Notes: generated by a model from the letters alone, not told the origin. 64,000 nt of DNA from Malacoraja senta (GCA_038087875.1 JAXLNO010000573.1:248001-312000); one strand, 5' to 3'. Shown: positions 1 through 11,746, counted from the first letter of the stretch. Numbers and translations: made by a program.

Positions 1-2699
1 TCAAAATGCCAAGCAATGGTCACCTCCAATAACAGGAATTTCACTCACCTTCATGTACATAGATTTACCATGGGATAATTGTTTGTGGGTCACAGTCATA
101 GGTGCAGAAGTAGGCCATGTGGCCGATCGAGTGTACTCCGCCATTCAATCATGGCTGATATGATCATCACTGACTAGCACATTTTCTGGAAACAATGGAG
201 GTACAAAGACAACAAGAGAAGATCAAGGAAGATCCCTTGTTGTTGTGCGTTGGTGGATGACACATTCCCTGTTTCCTCTGAGGTGTTCCATCACCTCCAA
301 CATACAATTTAGCAGTGTTTCAAAATTATATTTATTTGTCAGGATGTTCAGCTTCAACTACAAACAAGAAATTCAACATCATTTGATCAGTGTAGTACAC
401 TTAACTAATACCCTATTCACCTTCTCAAACACTCATTCGCCACGAATGCACAGTGCACAGTATTTATAAATGAATTTCAGTTTCTTTGTTCACACTTCTC
501 TTGTGGAGAAGGATTAGGGCATAGGTAGAATCAGGTAAATATTGTTCACAGGCTCCACTCTATGTTGCACCCTGCCCTATTTAGAAATATTTCGCAGTTA
601 TTTTATTATCGTAAGATTACATTTCTAGAACTCGCTTCTCAAGTGCTCAGTGATACCCTCAGCACACAGTCAGTGAGGGATAAAGATGATTTAGCACCAG
701 CTTCTCTGTGGTAACTAGGGGTGGGCATGAACGCTGCCCATCCAAGCACATCCCACATGCCATGAGCAAATTTAGAAAGAAGCATCACTTAACATTTTCA
801 ATCATCTGATACAAATGTTGAAAGATACAAATGGCCAGCAGATGAAATCACAAAACCTTTTATAAATTAACAGACCAATACATTAAAATATTGTTCACTG
901 CTCAGGAAAATAAAAGCAATGTTCATATGCATGTTGGATAATGGCACTTACAGTACATAGGACATTATGTACATTATAAACCTATTTTTGCAGTGTATTC
1001 CTTATCATGATGTAATAATGTGGATAAACTGGCAGGTATTATAAAGGCAAATTCATATGATAGGCACTGAAGATGCAGAACAGGCAAAAAGGTTGGATAT
1101 CAGTTTTTTTTCTGTTTAAAGAACAGGAAAAGCCTAATATCAGAGTTACAGTGGTGTATGGATAATCAAAACTCAAAGGTAATCTGACATGCAATCAGAA
1201 AGGTATTGAGATTTCACATAGGTCTCTGTGAACAACAATGGAAGGAAGGCTCTTTGAGTTGCATAGGCCTGTGCATTATATGTCCCTGATTATATTGAGC
1301 TGCAGTTGTCAATGACTGTGGAATATAAAATAAAGATCTCTACAACACGGTAGACATGATTCAGCCCATTTAATAAGAACATCAGGATTAAAATGCCAGC
1401 TTCATCTCTCTTTGTGGACAATGTTGCAGTGATTCCAAATCCTTTATGGATGTCCGCCTTCTAAATGTAAGTAAATCTGTAACTTGTATGAAGCCTCCCT
1501 GCAATTTCTGGTCAGCAGCTGGATGGCCTTTATGGCCAGCAATGGTTTGGCTCCGCATCGCAGGTTATGAAACAATCAGACACATTGCATTTGAATTATT
1601 GGAGCACTTGCATTCAAACAATGAGATGTTTGCATCACACTTGCAGGAACTCCCCTTGCATTTTTCTCCCTGTGCAGTTTAATGGCTTTTGTGGTAACAT
1701 AATACATTCAATGCAAATACCAAGTCACATTACAACTGAATAAAATTAATTCACTTTTAATGTATCAGGAGGTCTGTGATTCCTTTTTAGTGCTGAGACT
1801 AAAGCATCAATAATGCAAAAGCCAATTAAGGTGCTGAAATGTTCCTTGGATGCCAAAAGAGGCCCTAAAGCAATGCCAATGAGGGCAGTGATGACCTTCG
1901 TTGTTTGAATACTGCAGATGGCTGATTGTCCTTCAACATTGTATTGGCTCTTCAAACTCCATGTCCCCTTCCTGCTTCATTGAAATTAAACCTCCCATGG
2001 CCACTACGCTCACACCTTTACACAATCCTCAGACATGGATTTTCAAGTAAGTAAAATCCCTTTGAGAAGTGCAAAGGACGAAGCAGTATCTTAATAAGGA
2101 AAGTTGGAGGTCACAAAGAGGATATGTATTTAACAGAAAAGGTAAAAGAGCATCCCAAGAGATTCTGTAAGAGATTCTATAACATATTCTATAAGTATAT
2201 TAACAGCAAGCAGGCAATTAGGGAAATAATTGGCTCATTAAAGATTAGTGTATTCCACTATGTGTGGAGCCGTGGGTGCCATCATACTAGTGCAGTTGAG
2301 GTCATGAAGCTACAGGAAGGATGTCAAGAGAATCAAGAGTCAAGTGTGATATTATTTCGAAGTCTCGTGACGAGACTACGTGAAGAACCCGCCAGCCCGC
2401 ATGCGCGTCAATACGTCGACGCATGGCGCAAGATTCGGATGTGGAAATGGACGTCGGGATTTCCCTGCGATACAGCATTAAAAGTCGGAAGGTAAGTTTC
2501 ACGGGAACTGTCGCTTTCGACGTTGGTTTAGGTCCCAAGAATAGAGAAGCCTAAAACCAAGGGAAAACATGCAGCTGAAAAGTCAGCGGCAGATAACCGC
2601 GGCGACGGGAGAGATCGGTGGCCGTCGGTATCAAACTCGGAGACGCTGGCAGGCGCAGCCTGCACAACAACCTCTGCAACAGCTCCAAAAGGGAGCAGT

Positions 2700-3842
2700 T
2701 TGGCAACCCCGAGTTCAGGGCAGGCCAAGGCCAAAACGGCAAAAAATGTCCAAAAGGATAATACTGGGCAGGAAGGTACTGCCTCAACATCCATTGAGGA
2801 TATCATCTGTTGGCTCTCAAAATTGGAAAACCTGATTGAGAGGCTGGTGAAAGGGAATGTGCTCCGCACACAGGCAACCGATACAGGTAGTTCCAGTCAG
2901 ATGTCTGCGGCAGCAATACCTGGTTCAGGGTTGCATTATGATATCTCCTGCTCAGAGGAGGGGAGTGTTGAGGATTATTACATGGTAGACTCTGACTGCG
3001 GGGAAATCGAGAATGAACTCAAATCCCCTGAACAAGTGGGTGATATGTTGCAGTTCAAGCCTAAGAAGGAGCTGTCGGCACTTGCGACAAAATTTGCCAT
3101 CCCCTCGGGGATAGGAGAACCATTAGAGGAAGAACTGGCAAGGAGCATTGGTTACTTGACTTCTCATCAGCTGAATGAGAAAAATATGCAGGACACTGCT
3201 GGGAAGTATGCTAGTCCTGATAACTGCCAGACTCTGGATGTTCCAAAGGTTAACGCCACCATTTGGGATAATCTAAATGGCAAAATAAAGTCAAAAGACT
3301 TAAAACTACAGCGAGTTCAGAGACTTCTCACAAGAGGGATTATGGTTTTTGCAAGGTCGGTGGATGGAACTCAGCTGTCTGAATTGCAGCAAGACACATT
3401 AGCACTTCTGTGTAATGCACAATTTGAGCTCAATTGCATTCGCAAAGATGGTATAAGGCCTGAGATCAACCCTAAAGATGCTCATTTGTGCAGGGCTAGT
3501 AATGTGCAGTCTGCAAAGTATCTCTTTGGAGAAGACTTGAGCAAGCAAGTAAAAGACTTGCAAGAGGAAATCAAGGCGGCTGTGAGTGTGGTAAAGACAC
3601 CCTTTATGGGTAAGACTCCCGTCTACCGGCGTGTATATCATCTCTACCAAGCTAGCAGCAGAAATCGCTACTCTGAGGCTGGTTGGAGCACCAGGCCTAC
3701 ACAATTAAGACCAAGCCTGAGGCCATTTTTATGCGCAGGTTCACAGCGCTCACCATGGAGGCAGCGTACTCCACATACTCAGTCTCGTCCCCCAGCAGGC
3801 CACGATGCCGGAGCCAAAGGGAGGGGACAGAACAAAATCTAG
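2700..3842 (+). CDS. gag: DIRS gag-like ORF1 (380 aa open frame)
   Basis: Long ORF with PDNC..L.VPKVN..IW, D.KLQ..Q and LFG.DL motifs typical of DIRS ORF1; its 3' end overlaps the pol frame. Confidence 0.8.
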   Translation: MATPSSGQAKAKTAKNVQKDNTGQEGTASTSIEDIICWLSKLENLIERLVKGNVLRTQATDTGSSSQMSAAAIPGSGLHYDISCSEEGSVEDYYMVDSDCGEIENELKSPEQVGDMLQFKPKKELSALATKFAIPSGIGEPLEEELARSIGYLTSHQLNEKNMQDTAGKYASPDNCQTLDVPKVNATIWDNLNGKIKSKDLKLQRVQRLLTRGIMVFARSVDGTQLSELQQDTLALLCNAQFELNCIRKDGIRPEINPKDAHLCRASNVQSAKYLFGEDLSKQVKDLQEEIKAAVSVVKTPFMGKTPVYRRVYHLYQASSRNRYSEAGWSTRPTQLRPSLRPFLCAGSQRSPWRQRTPHTQSRPPAGHDAGAKGRGQNKI

Positions 3843-5390
3843 GGTCAGCTGACTCTATTGATCAACCGCCTAAGGCCGTTGAGGTAAGTGAATATTATTC
3901 CATCAGTCGCATGAGATGTGCTGACGATATTCAAGTCGGAGGTAGATTGATCAAAAACAGGTGGGAACAGATAACCTCGGATCCTTTCATTTTACAAATC
4001 ATAAATGGTTACAAGATTGAGTTTCTGGCTGACAAATTTCCCCCGCGACAAGAGAAGCCAAGATTCCCGTTCATACGGTCAAACGAGGAAACTATGGCTA
4101 TCCTAGTTGAGATAGAGAAATTACACAACAAGGGTGTGATTGAGCAGTCTGTCCATGAACAAGAGGAGTATATTTCTAATATCTTTTCTAGGGTGAAGAA
4201 AAGTGGAGGATACTGAATCATTCTTGATTGGGCGAGTCTGAACACGTGTTTGGAATATAACCACTTGAAGATGGAAAATTTTAATTCAGCAAAACAGCTG
4301 ATTACAGAGGATTGTTTATGGCCTCTATAGATCTCAAAGATGCATACTATTCAGTACCTATACATGAGAGTCACAGGAAATATCTGAAGTTTATCTGACA
4401 AGGCCAGTTATGGCATTTTAAGGCTCTACCTAATGGGTTGAGTTCAGCCCTAGGCTATTTACAAAGTTCCTAAAGCCAGTGTTTGCCCGACTCAGATCTA
4501 AAGGGCATATTGTCATGGGGTTTATAGATGACATGCTCATTATCGGGAAGACATCATGTGTCACAGAGTTAACTATTTCAGCAACCAAGGCACTCCTAGA
4601 AAATCTAGGGTTTGTTATTCATCCTGGAAACTCCATGCTGGAGCCGACAAAATCTATTACATATCTATGTTTTGTCATAAACTCTGCAGATATGTCTGTG
4701 ACCCTACCCACTGATAGGAAACAGGATATTGTAGAGGCATGCACAGGTTTACTCAAAAATAAGATGCCTACTATACGGCAGGTTGCAATGGTGATTGGCA
4801 AGATGGTAGCTGCCTTCCCAGACACACAATATGGGACCATGCATTATAGAAATCTGGACCGTGAGAAGGTTCGGGCCCTAAGATTGAATAAAGGGCATTT
4901 TGATAGATATATGAAGTTGACGACAGAGTCGACATCAGAATTACAGTGGTGGATTGAGCACACATACGAGTGTTCAGGGGTCATTCTATCGAGTAAACCC
5001 ACAATAACATTACAAAGTGATGCTAAGTGGACAAGGTTGGGGTGCAACTGACACCAACTCTAGTTGTGGTGGTAGGTGGAATGAGGAAGAGATGCGACTT
5101 GGCCATAAGTACGGTATCAACTATTTGGAAATGCTAGCAGCATTCCATGCATTAACAACGTATTGTGGGAATGACCATGAAATGCATGTCAGGCTGCAAC
5201 TGGACAACCCAACAGCAGTAACGTATGTGAATCATATGGGTGGTTGCAGGTCTCTATCATGTGATACACTGGCAAAGTCCATTTGGGCATGGTGTATAGA
5301 GAGAAGAATATGGGTGTCAGCTGCACACCTGCCAGGTAGATACAACGTAGAAGCAGACACCAGGTCTAGAAAATTCAATGAGCGAACAGA
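3683..5390 (+). pseudogene. pol: DIRS reverse transcriptase + RNase H, disrupted by stops and frameshifts
   Basis: GGRL..WEQITSDPFILQIINGYKIEF, ASIDLKDAYY (4321-4350), GFIDD, LQSDA, INYLEMLA, DNPTAVTYVNHMGG, HLPGRYNVEAD; stops at 4214-4216 and 4396-4398. Confidence 0.9.
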
Positions 5391-5600
5391 ATGGATGTTA
5401 AATCAGGCAGTGTTCAAGAAGATAATATCTCGATATGGAACACCTGAGATTGACCTGTTTGCTTCAAGATTTAATAACCAAGTACCAAGGCATGTAGCCT
5501 GGCAAGCAGATCCAGGGGCAGAAGCAGTAGATGTGTTTTCTATGGACAAGGGTGGATTATCATTTTATGCTTTTCCCCCCATTCTGCCTTATCGGAAGAT
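5391..5600 (+). pseudogene. DNA N6-adenine methyltransferase-like (phage Dam-like) domain of DIRS pol, frameshifted after YAFPP
   Basis: WMLN..PEIDLFASRFN and YAFPP motifs directly downstream of RNase H, the known MT domain position in DIRS elements. Confidence 0.8.
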
Positions 5601-5780
5601 GCCTGCAAAAGATAATTCAAGACAAGTTATCAGGAATGATAGTAGTACCAAACTAGCCTACTCAACCATGGTTCCCATTGTTAAAAGGACTACTGAAGGA
5701 AGCTCCTTTGATTGCTCACAGACACGAACAATTGTCACTCGGGCACCTCACCCACTGCATGATCGCATTGATTTATTAAT

Positions 5781-6003
5781 TTGCAGGATTTAAGACCTTT
5801 CGAGCGAATAGGACGAACCAGCAGGACCGTTGACTTGATCACTGCAGCTTGGCGAGATGGCACAAGAAGGCAATATTCTACCTACATAAAACAATGGGAA
5901 ACGTTTTGTAAGGATGCACACGTGAACTACTTTAAGGCAGAAGTAGCTGATGTTTTGGAATTTCTTTCAGTTTTGTTTTTTGAGAAGCGTCTAAGTTATA
6001 GCG
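5781..6003 (+). pseudogene. N-terminal fragment of DIRS tyrosine recombinase; catalytic domain missing
   Basis: LITAAWRDGTRRQYSTYIKQWETFC...VLEFLS..LSYS matches the YR N-terminal binding domain pattern; truncated at ~6003. Confidence 0.8.
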
Positions 6004-6829
6004 TCAAAATTATATTAATTTATTTCTAATAATCATAATTTAGACACAAATTAAGTGTTTTACCCCAAACCAAAGAGGAATGTCTTTTATTCAAATTCAG
6101 TTCTTCAAAGTGGAGCTTGCTACAATAGTCGTCATAGGTTGTCGGTGTTAGAAAGATTAGATAGTGTTACTTTCCTTCCTTCACTGGCGTCAAATGCTAG
6201 ATGAAGTTAAAGTTGGGCACTAGGGTAGGTTTGCTTCTTCTTCTTTCCTGATGTCAGTTTCGAGGGAATAGGGATACTGAGGAGCAGTTTCACTATCTGT
6301 TGGCCTTCCCAGATTTGTCTTAAAGGGACAGGACAGTATTGTTTCCTCTTGCTTGTTGATTCCTGTTTCTGGGGACTACACTACCTTTGCTGTATTCTGT
6401 CCATTCTCAAGGGGTCTGTATATTCTTTATCTTACTCCCCAGATAGTATGTTGTTGATTATACTCTCCTGTAGGCACAAACTCAGTAACAAGTTAGTATA
6501 ATAATTCATTTCACCACTCCCGCACCTCCTGCACAATAAGTTTGTTTCTTCTCTCCCTAGTGCCATTTCTTCTCCTTAGTTCCCATTCCTTCTCACACCA
6601 GCTATTATATTTCCCTTTCCCATAGTCCTTTCTTCACTGAGGGTTCTCGATAATTGGATTCTTTGTGTCTTCTCCCAGGATTTGGAAGGGGGTGATGTTC
6701 TTACTGGTTTTTATTGCTGTTTTGGGGCCATGTGAGGACGCCTTCAGATTTAATAGATGGTATTTAACTGGCAGGTTAGGGCTAAAGAAATGGGTTCGAT
6801 TGCCAAAATGTCCCTGCCCCCTGATCTCC

Positions 6830-7114
6830 TTACCAGTGTCCTTGTCCTCTATCCTCGGGGTCCCAAGTGTCCCGGTAACCTCTTGGAATCCACTGGTTTC
6901 TGAAACCCCGTGGCCCTCTTCTTTGCCCCCTTCTTTCTCGGTAGTACTCCCTCACAGGACACGATCGACTCCAATGTCCCAATTCCCCACAGTTGTAGCA
7001 CTGATCTGGTCGGAAAACCCTATATCCTCTCCAGCCAAACCGCGGAAAAGTCGGCTCTCGGAATGGCAAATCTATGCAAGCTTTGAGATCCTCCTCCTCC
7101 TTGTCTTCCTCCAT
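6830..7114 (-). pseudogene. gag: Gag nucleocapsid-like segment with CCHC zinc knuckle
   Basis: CYNCGELGHWSRSC followed by an Arg/Gly-rich basic tail. Confidence 0.8.
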
Positions 7115-7126
7115 AGTTATTTCCCT

Positions 7127-7509
7127 TTATTGAATTTTTAATATAGGTCTCTGAGCTGCCGTTGGACCAGGCTGCATTAAAGTGTGAACGTCTGTGGCTA
7201 GGGAGACATTTACACCTACTGCGGAACTTAATACCAAAGGTGGAGTAGGCAGCTTTCTACAAACGAACTGCCTACGGGGAATCCATTCTATACCCCCATG
7301 ATCAGGGAATTGCTCCGACATAATAATATTATCAATGTCAGGATCAATTCCTCTGTATCCTCCTGCTGTCTCACCCTCAGAAAAGCTATTTGTTCTGTCT
7401 CTGTACTTCAGGAAGGATTCCTTCACTTTCCCACTACTGGATTTTCTAATTAATTTTGGTTTCCATTTCAGCGGAACCTTCCTTCTAGCCCCTTGATCTC
7501 CCATACTAT
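7127..7509 (-). pseudogene. Middle part of the ERV gag-like frame, downstream of the Gypsy insertion
   Basis: Frame joins the 10391-10538 frame in phase (PPVVDS|MGDQGARRK) once 7510-10386 and one CTAT are removed. Confidence 0.65.
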
Positions 7510-7765
7510 TGTAGGGGTTCTGGTTCCCTTTACTCAACTTCGGGCCCAACTGTCTGAAAAAGGGGTTCCCCTAGGTTCTAGACCTCGGAATTATGCTGGG
7601 ATATGATAAAAGGTTGACTTGACCAGAGCGTGCTGATGAGAGAAAACAGAAACCAAGACGGACTCAAAGCAAGTCTAAATTTTACAGGCTTTATTAAACA
7701 AATGAGAGATCGAATCTCACCAACACTACATAATACGTAACTAAACTTATGTTTTAAACTAAGAC
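7510..7765 (-). repeat. Partial 3' LTR (terminal 256 bp)
   Basis: Near-identical to 9431-9686; fused directly to gag at CYGC. Confidence 0.9.
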
Positions 7766-9419
7766 ACCCGTAGCACACCGCCTCATCTTGGAGGAGGTCC
7801 GGCTGCCTTCCTGTTTCCACTCCCTCCTTTTGGGGGGTGCCGGTGCTATATTGTGCACCTTGCCCTTAAAGGGCTTTTCCTCACTTCTCTCCCCGTTGCG
7901 ATACGCAAGGGTGAGCTTCCTTATTACCTCTGCCTCGTTAAGGTTTGGGTCCACTGGGTCGAACCAGTGCTCGGCCTTTGCCCTAACTCGCGGGAGGCAA
8001 TTCGCTACCAGAGTCTTCAGCCAGTGGGCTGTTCTCTCATCTAAATTCCGCCTATCTAAAGGCGTCCCACACGCTCCCTCATACACTGCCCACAGTCTGT
8101 CTGCGAACATGTCCGGGGACTCAGCTACCTGCTGCTTCGTCTCCCCCACCCTGGCGAAAGGACTACCCTGATTCAACCCCATGGCCTCCAGAACCGCTGT
8201 CTGTGCCGCTAGCCATGTTTCAGGTCTTCCCCCTTCCCTGGAGGTCACTGCCTTGCATTGGTATGAATCCAGGGTCATCAATAGTAGCTTTACCCGTTCT
8301 ACCTCATCGCAATCGTTTATATCGGCTGCCTGCTGCACCTCCATAAAATGCAATGACGGTCTCCCGCCCTGGTTAACCTGGGAACGTGAGCCACCATCCC
8401 CCTCAGCACGTGCCCCATGGGGAATGATGATATCACTCTCTATGGGCCCCCTATCTGCCTGCCCTACCGGGGGACCATATTTCCTTTGCCATACCGGGCA
8501 CATCGGCCCTACCCGGGGCTGTTGCCCCTTTACCCCCTGCTCTCCCAACATGATCGGTAACCCCACCACCTCGTGGTGTGCTACACATGGCGCAGATGCC
8601 GCTAACCGAGGGTGCTCTCCCGCCCCTCCTTGGGCCTGTCCCTCCCCGGACAACCCGAACCCCACCTGCCGACCCGGACCTATTCCCGGCGCCTCAGGAG
8701 GCGGTCAATTCCCCTTTGCCCCTGGGGAATCATCTGCTGAGGGAAGCCCTCTGCCCCCGGGGGACCCCCCTGGTCCTACCAGGTGAACCCGTCCCCTAGT
8801 CTTGGACAGAGTCTCCTCCAGCTGCGCTATCCTTGCCTGGCAAGGCCCGTGATCACAATCCCCTAGCTCACCCGGTATGCTGCTTGGATATCTTGGAACT
8901 TTCTTGGATATCTTGGAACTTTCCCTCCAGCTCCCTGTACCTCTGTGTACTCTGAGCCAGGAGTTCCTGGGCGTTCCGTTCCCTCTCCTTTGCCTCTACC
9001 GCCTGGCATTGGAGGAATTCCTGGGCATTTCTGCGGGACTCCCTAGCCTGCAAGATACACTGCCTGGTTCCACTGAGTTCCTCATATAGCCCTTCCCCAT
9101 CTCTAGCGCTTTCCTCAACGCTGGCCCTAGCTTTTCTCAGTTGCTCTTCCAGACTATCTACCTGTCTCTCCATTTTGGCTACCTGCTGTGATAGGCACGC
9201 TAGCCAAACTGCCTTTTCCTGCCCTTTATTATACCATTTGCTTTCCGTCCATTGTGCTGCAGCTGCTGCAGGCTGCTGTGCTGCCAAAAGTGCTATCACC
9301 CATTGTTTGGTGAGATTGATCTTTTAAAACAGATAAGAGGAGATTCTCTCCTCCATCTTGCTACGTTCTCTCACCCCCTCTGGCAAATCACATATCCCAA
9401 ACCACTGAGGTCCTGCCAT
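7766..9419 (-). pseudogene. gag: Gypsy-type gag (coiled-coil N-terminus, capsid-like region, truncated knuckle), with stop and frameshifts
   Basis: ORFs 8868-9299 and 7754-8665; MHR-like QQVAESPDMFADRL; ends at AVCYGC where the deletion occurs. Confidence 0.75.
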
Positions 9420-9427
9420 GGTCGCCA
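9410..9427 (-). promoter_or_regulatory. Primer binding site, probably tRNA-Arg(TCG)-like
   Basis: TGGCGACCATGGCAGGAC 3 nt after the LTR; close to the complement of vertebrate tRNA-Arg(TCG) 3' ends as recalled (about 2 mismatches). Confidence 0.65.
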
Positions 9428-9430
9428 TTG

Positions 9431-10386
9431 TGTAGGGGTTCTGGTTCCCTTTACTCAACTTCGGGCCCAACTGCCTGAAAAAGGGGTTCCCCTAGGTTCT
9501 AGACCTCGGAATTATGGTGGGATATGATAAAAGGTTGACTTGACCAGAGCGTGCTGATGAGAGAAAACAGAAACCAAGACGGACTCAAAGCAAGTCTAAA
9601 ATTTACAGGCTTTATTAAACAAATGAGAGATCGAATCTCACCAACACTACATAATACGTAACTAAACTTATGTTTTAATCTAAGACTATGGGAGAATATT
9701 ATCGGGCACGTCGTAAAACATATTTTGCACAATTTTACTTGCAAGTACAGTACACCCGCTTTCCCCTTCTTCTCTCAACCTTTATCCTGTTTCCGGGAAC
9801 TTCACCAGGTCGTCTGGGGTACTTACAGCTAAGTTGATGCAGGCTCACGAGCCGTCCAGCAGAGCAGAAAGAGAGCGAGTTCTGGCTTGACTCCTGCTTT
9901 TTATACCTGAGTTTCTCCCTTGAAACCCCCCCCCCCCCAGGTGGTCCTCTGGACAAAAGGGTCTTTTGATGATTCCCAGTTTCGATCTGGTATGAGCAAT
10001 AGGCTTCCGATGATAAGGGGTTTGCTGATGTCATGATCCCTCAGCCTGATCGTTATCCCATTGTCTGGATGGGCTCCTGTTGTCCTGATGGACGAGCCAT
10101 TCACGATGGTGATAGAGGTTGCTGGGCTGTTTACCCCCGTCTGCTGGGCTCTTTTCCTTCCTTTGTGTATTCCAAGATAATGTCATTATCTCCATCTCAG
10201 CCTTTCCTGCTCACACCATTAGCATAGTGGTGTAATGCCCAGGCCCACAGACAGATTCGAGACTGGTTCTTCCTTTGTGGATTGTTTTTTTTCTTCCGTT
10301 GCAGTCAGCATGTCTGTTTGAAAAATGTCCATGGTCCTCATCCCCGAGTTCTTCCATAATCTGAGGATTTGCCACAATAACTTACA
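9431..10386 (-). repeat. Complete 5' LTR (956 bp) of the Gypsy-type element
   Basis: TG...CA ends, TATAAAAA at ~9898-9905 (-), AATAAA at ~9611-9616 (-), bounded by TSD and PBS. Confidence 0.85.
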
Positions 10387-10390
10387 CTAT

Positions 10391-11152
10391 CTACCACTGG
10401 TGGAGCAATCATAGGAGCTAGAAGATCCTTCCCCGATTCTTCCACTTCAGATTTGAATTTAGTGAGAGCCGAAGATGACGCTGACTCCTCCCATGTGCCC
10501 TGCTCACAAGCTGCACATGGCGTCTGAACTGAAAACATGAGAGTGCTGTGAGGAATGCTGTGGCTCCATTCAAAAAAATTCTACACACCCTGGCATATAG
10601 TGAGCCTCTCTCTCTCCCTACGAGGTCTACAGATACTGCTGCACTCTTACCAAATTTAATAAGTTTCATTTTAGTCGGCACCTCCCCTTTAAGAGCCATC
10701 TCAGTCATTTTCCTTTTAGAATATGGTATTCTCTCCTGCTCCTGCTCATGCTGTTGGCTTCTACTATCTTCCTTTCCCTGTTCTGGAATGTCTCGATAAG
10801 GACCAGTTATCTCGTGTTCCCCTCTAATCCCTAATTTACACGCTGTCATTCTTAGAGTGGACAGCAAAACAATCTCTTTATTTATTTTCCTTCTAGTGAA
10901 GAACATTCTCCATATTCTAATTGGCTCATTCCCTTCTTCACTGTTTCTATATCGTTTAACAATTGTTTCTACGTAGTTTATTCCTATTACAGATTTTAGT
11001 CCACCCAGTGGCCAAAGTTCGCTTCTCAAAACTCCATTTAATTCTCCAGATAATCCTCTTAATCTGTCTAATTCATGTAGAAGCTCCTCGCAAATTATTC
11101 TTATCGGGCTTCTGGGTCTATTCGATAAATCCTTCTCTGAGATATTCCCCAT
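10391..11152 (-). pseudogene. gag: N-terminal (matrix-like) part of ERV gag-like ORF
   Basis: MGNISEK start (possible myristoylation), LWPLGG and WRMF motifs reminiscent of gamma/epsilon-type matrix; lies downstream of PBS and leader. Confidence 0.55.
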
Positions 11153-11746
11153 TTTTTTGCACAATAGTTATAATACAAAATAAAATTCCAGACACTAACA
11201 TCTATTCAAACTCATTCCTTCCTTTCAGACTCTAAGGTCAATGGAGTCTTCCCACACAGTGGCTAATCGTCTCTCAGATTCACACCTATTCGCAGAATTG
11301 TTCCCTTCCAACCCTTACTCAATCACTCACTCAATCGCTCCTATTAAATTATTCAAACCACTCGCTCGTATTCAATCGCTCTCCCAACTCTCTTATCAGT
11401 TGGATCACAATCACTTCATTCAACTCTAAACTTTCAAACAAAGGATCTCCGGTTTCTCAACCCAAGACTCCAAATCTCAATCACAGTCTCATTCAAGCAG
11501 TAATCTCTCCCACTCATTCCACTTTAAGTTCGCACAGACAGGCAAATCCGAACCACGCCACTAAAACTATAATCAGAAAAGAAAATATTCCCCCGATTAC
11601 AAGTAACCCCAAACACACCCTAATATAAACTGCAAGCATCCAATAAGTCACACTCTAATAAATCTTCCCTATGGCGCAATCGGTCAGCGGAATGACTCCT
11701 CTGCCAACACAGCGATCGAAAGAGTACAAAGAGTACAAAGAGTACA

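Larger units (their letters stand above)
2350..6003 (+). mobile_element. DIRS-order (DIRS1/PAT-like) tyrosine-recombinase retrotransposon, 3'-truncated and degenerate
   Basis: Order gag -> overlapping RT/RNase H -> Dam-like methylase -> start of tyrosine recombinase; CpG-rich 5' region; sequence switches abruptly to unrelated DNA at ~6003. Confidence 0.9.
7510..10386 (-). mobile_element. Gypsy/Ty3-type LTR retrotransposon, internally deleted (gag only)
   Basis: TG...CA termini, 4-bp TSD CTAT (7506-7509 and 10387-10390), direct repeat 7510-7765 / 9431-9686, PBS next to the 5' LTR. Confidence 0.9.

Noticed and set aside
5391..5600. Bacterial/phage Dam methylase suggesting contamination or a restriction-modification system
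   Set aside because: It is embedded in DIRS pol, where this domain is standard, and the context is vertebrate repeats
7755..7775. gag-LTR junction as a splicing product (TTCTCCCATAG acceptor-like sequence in the LTR)
   Set aside because: The expected gag continuation (TGT Cys codon) gives no GT donor at the matching position; microhomology deletion is simpler
8181..8786. 201-aa plus-strand ORF
   Set aside because: Antisense shadow of GC-rich Gypsy gag
7510..9686. Direct repeats as assembly duplication or CRISPR-like array
   Set aside because: They are LTR copies with TSD and PBS; no repeat-spacer periodicity
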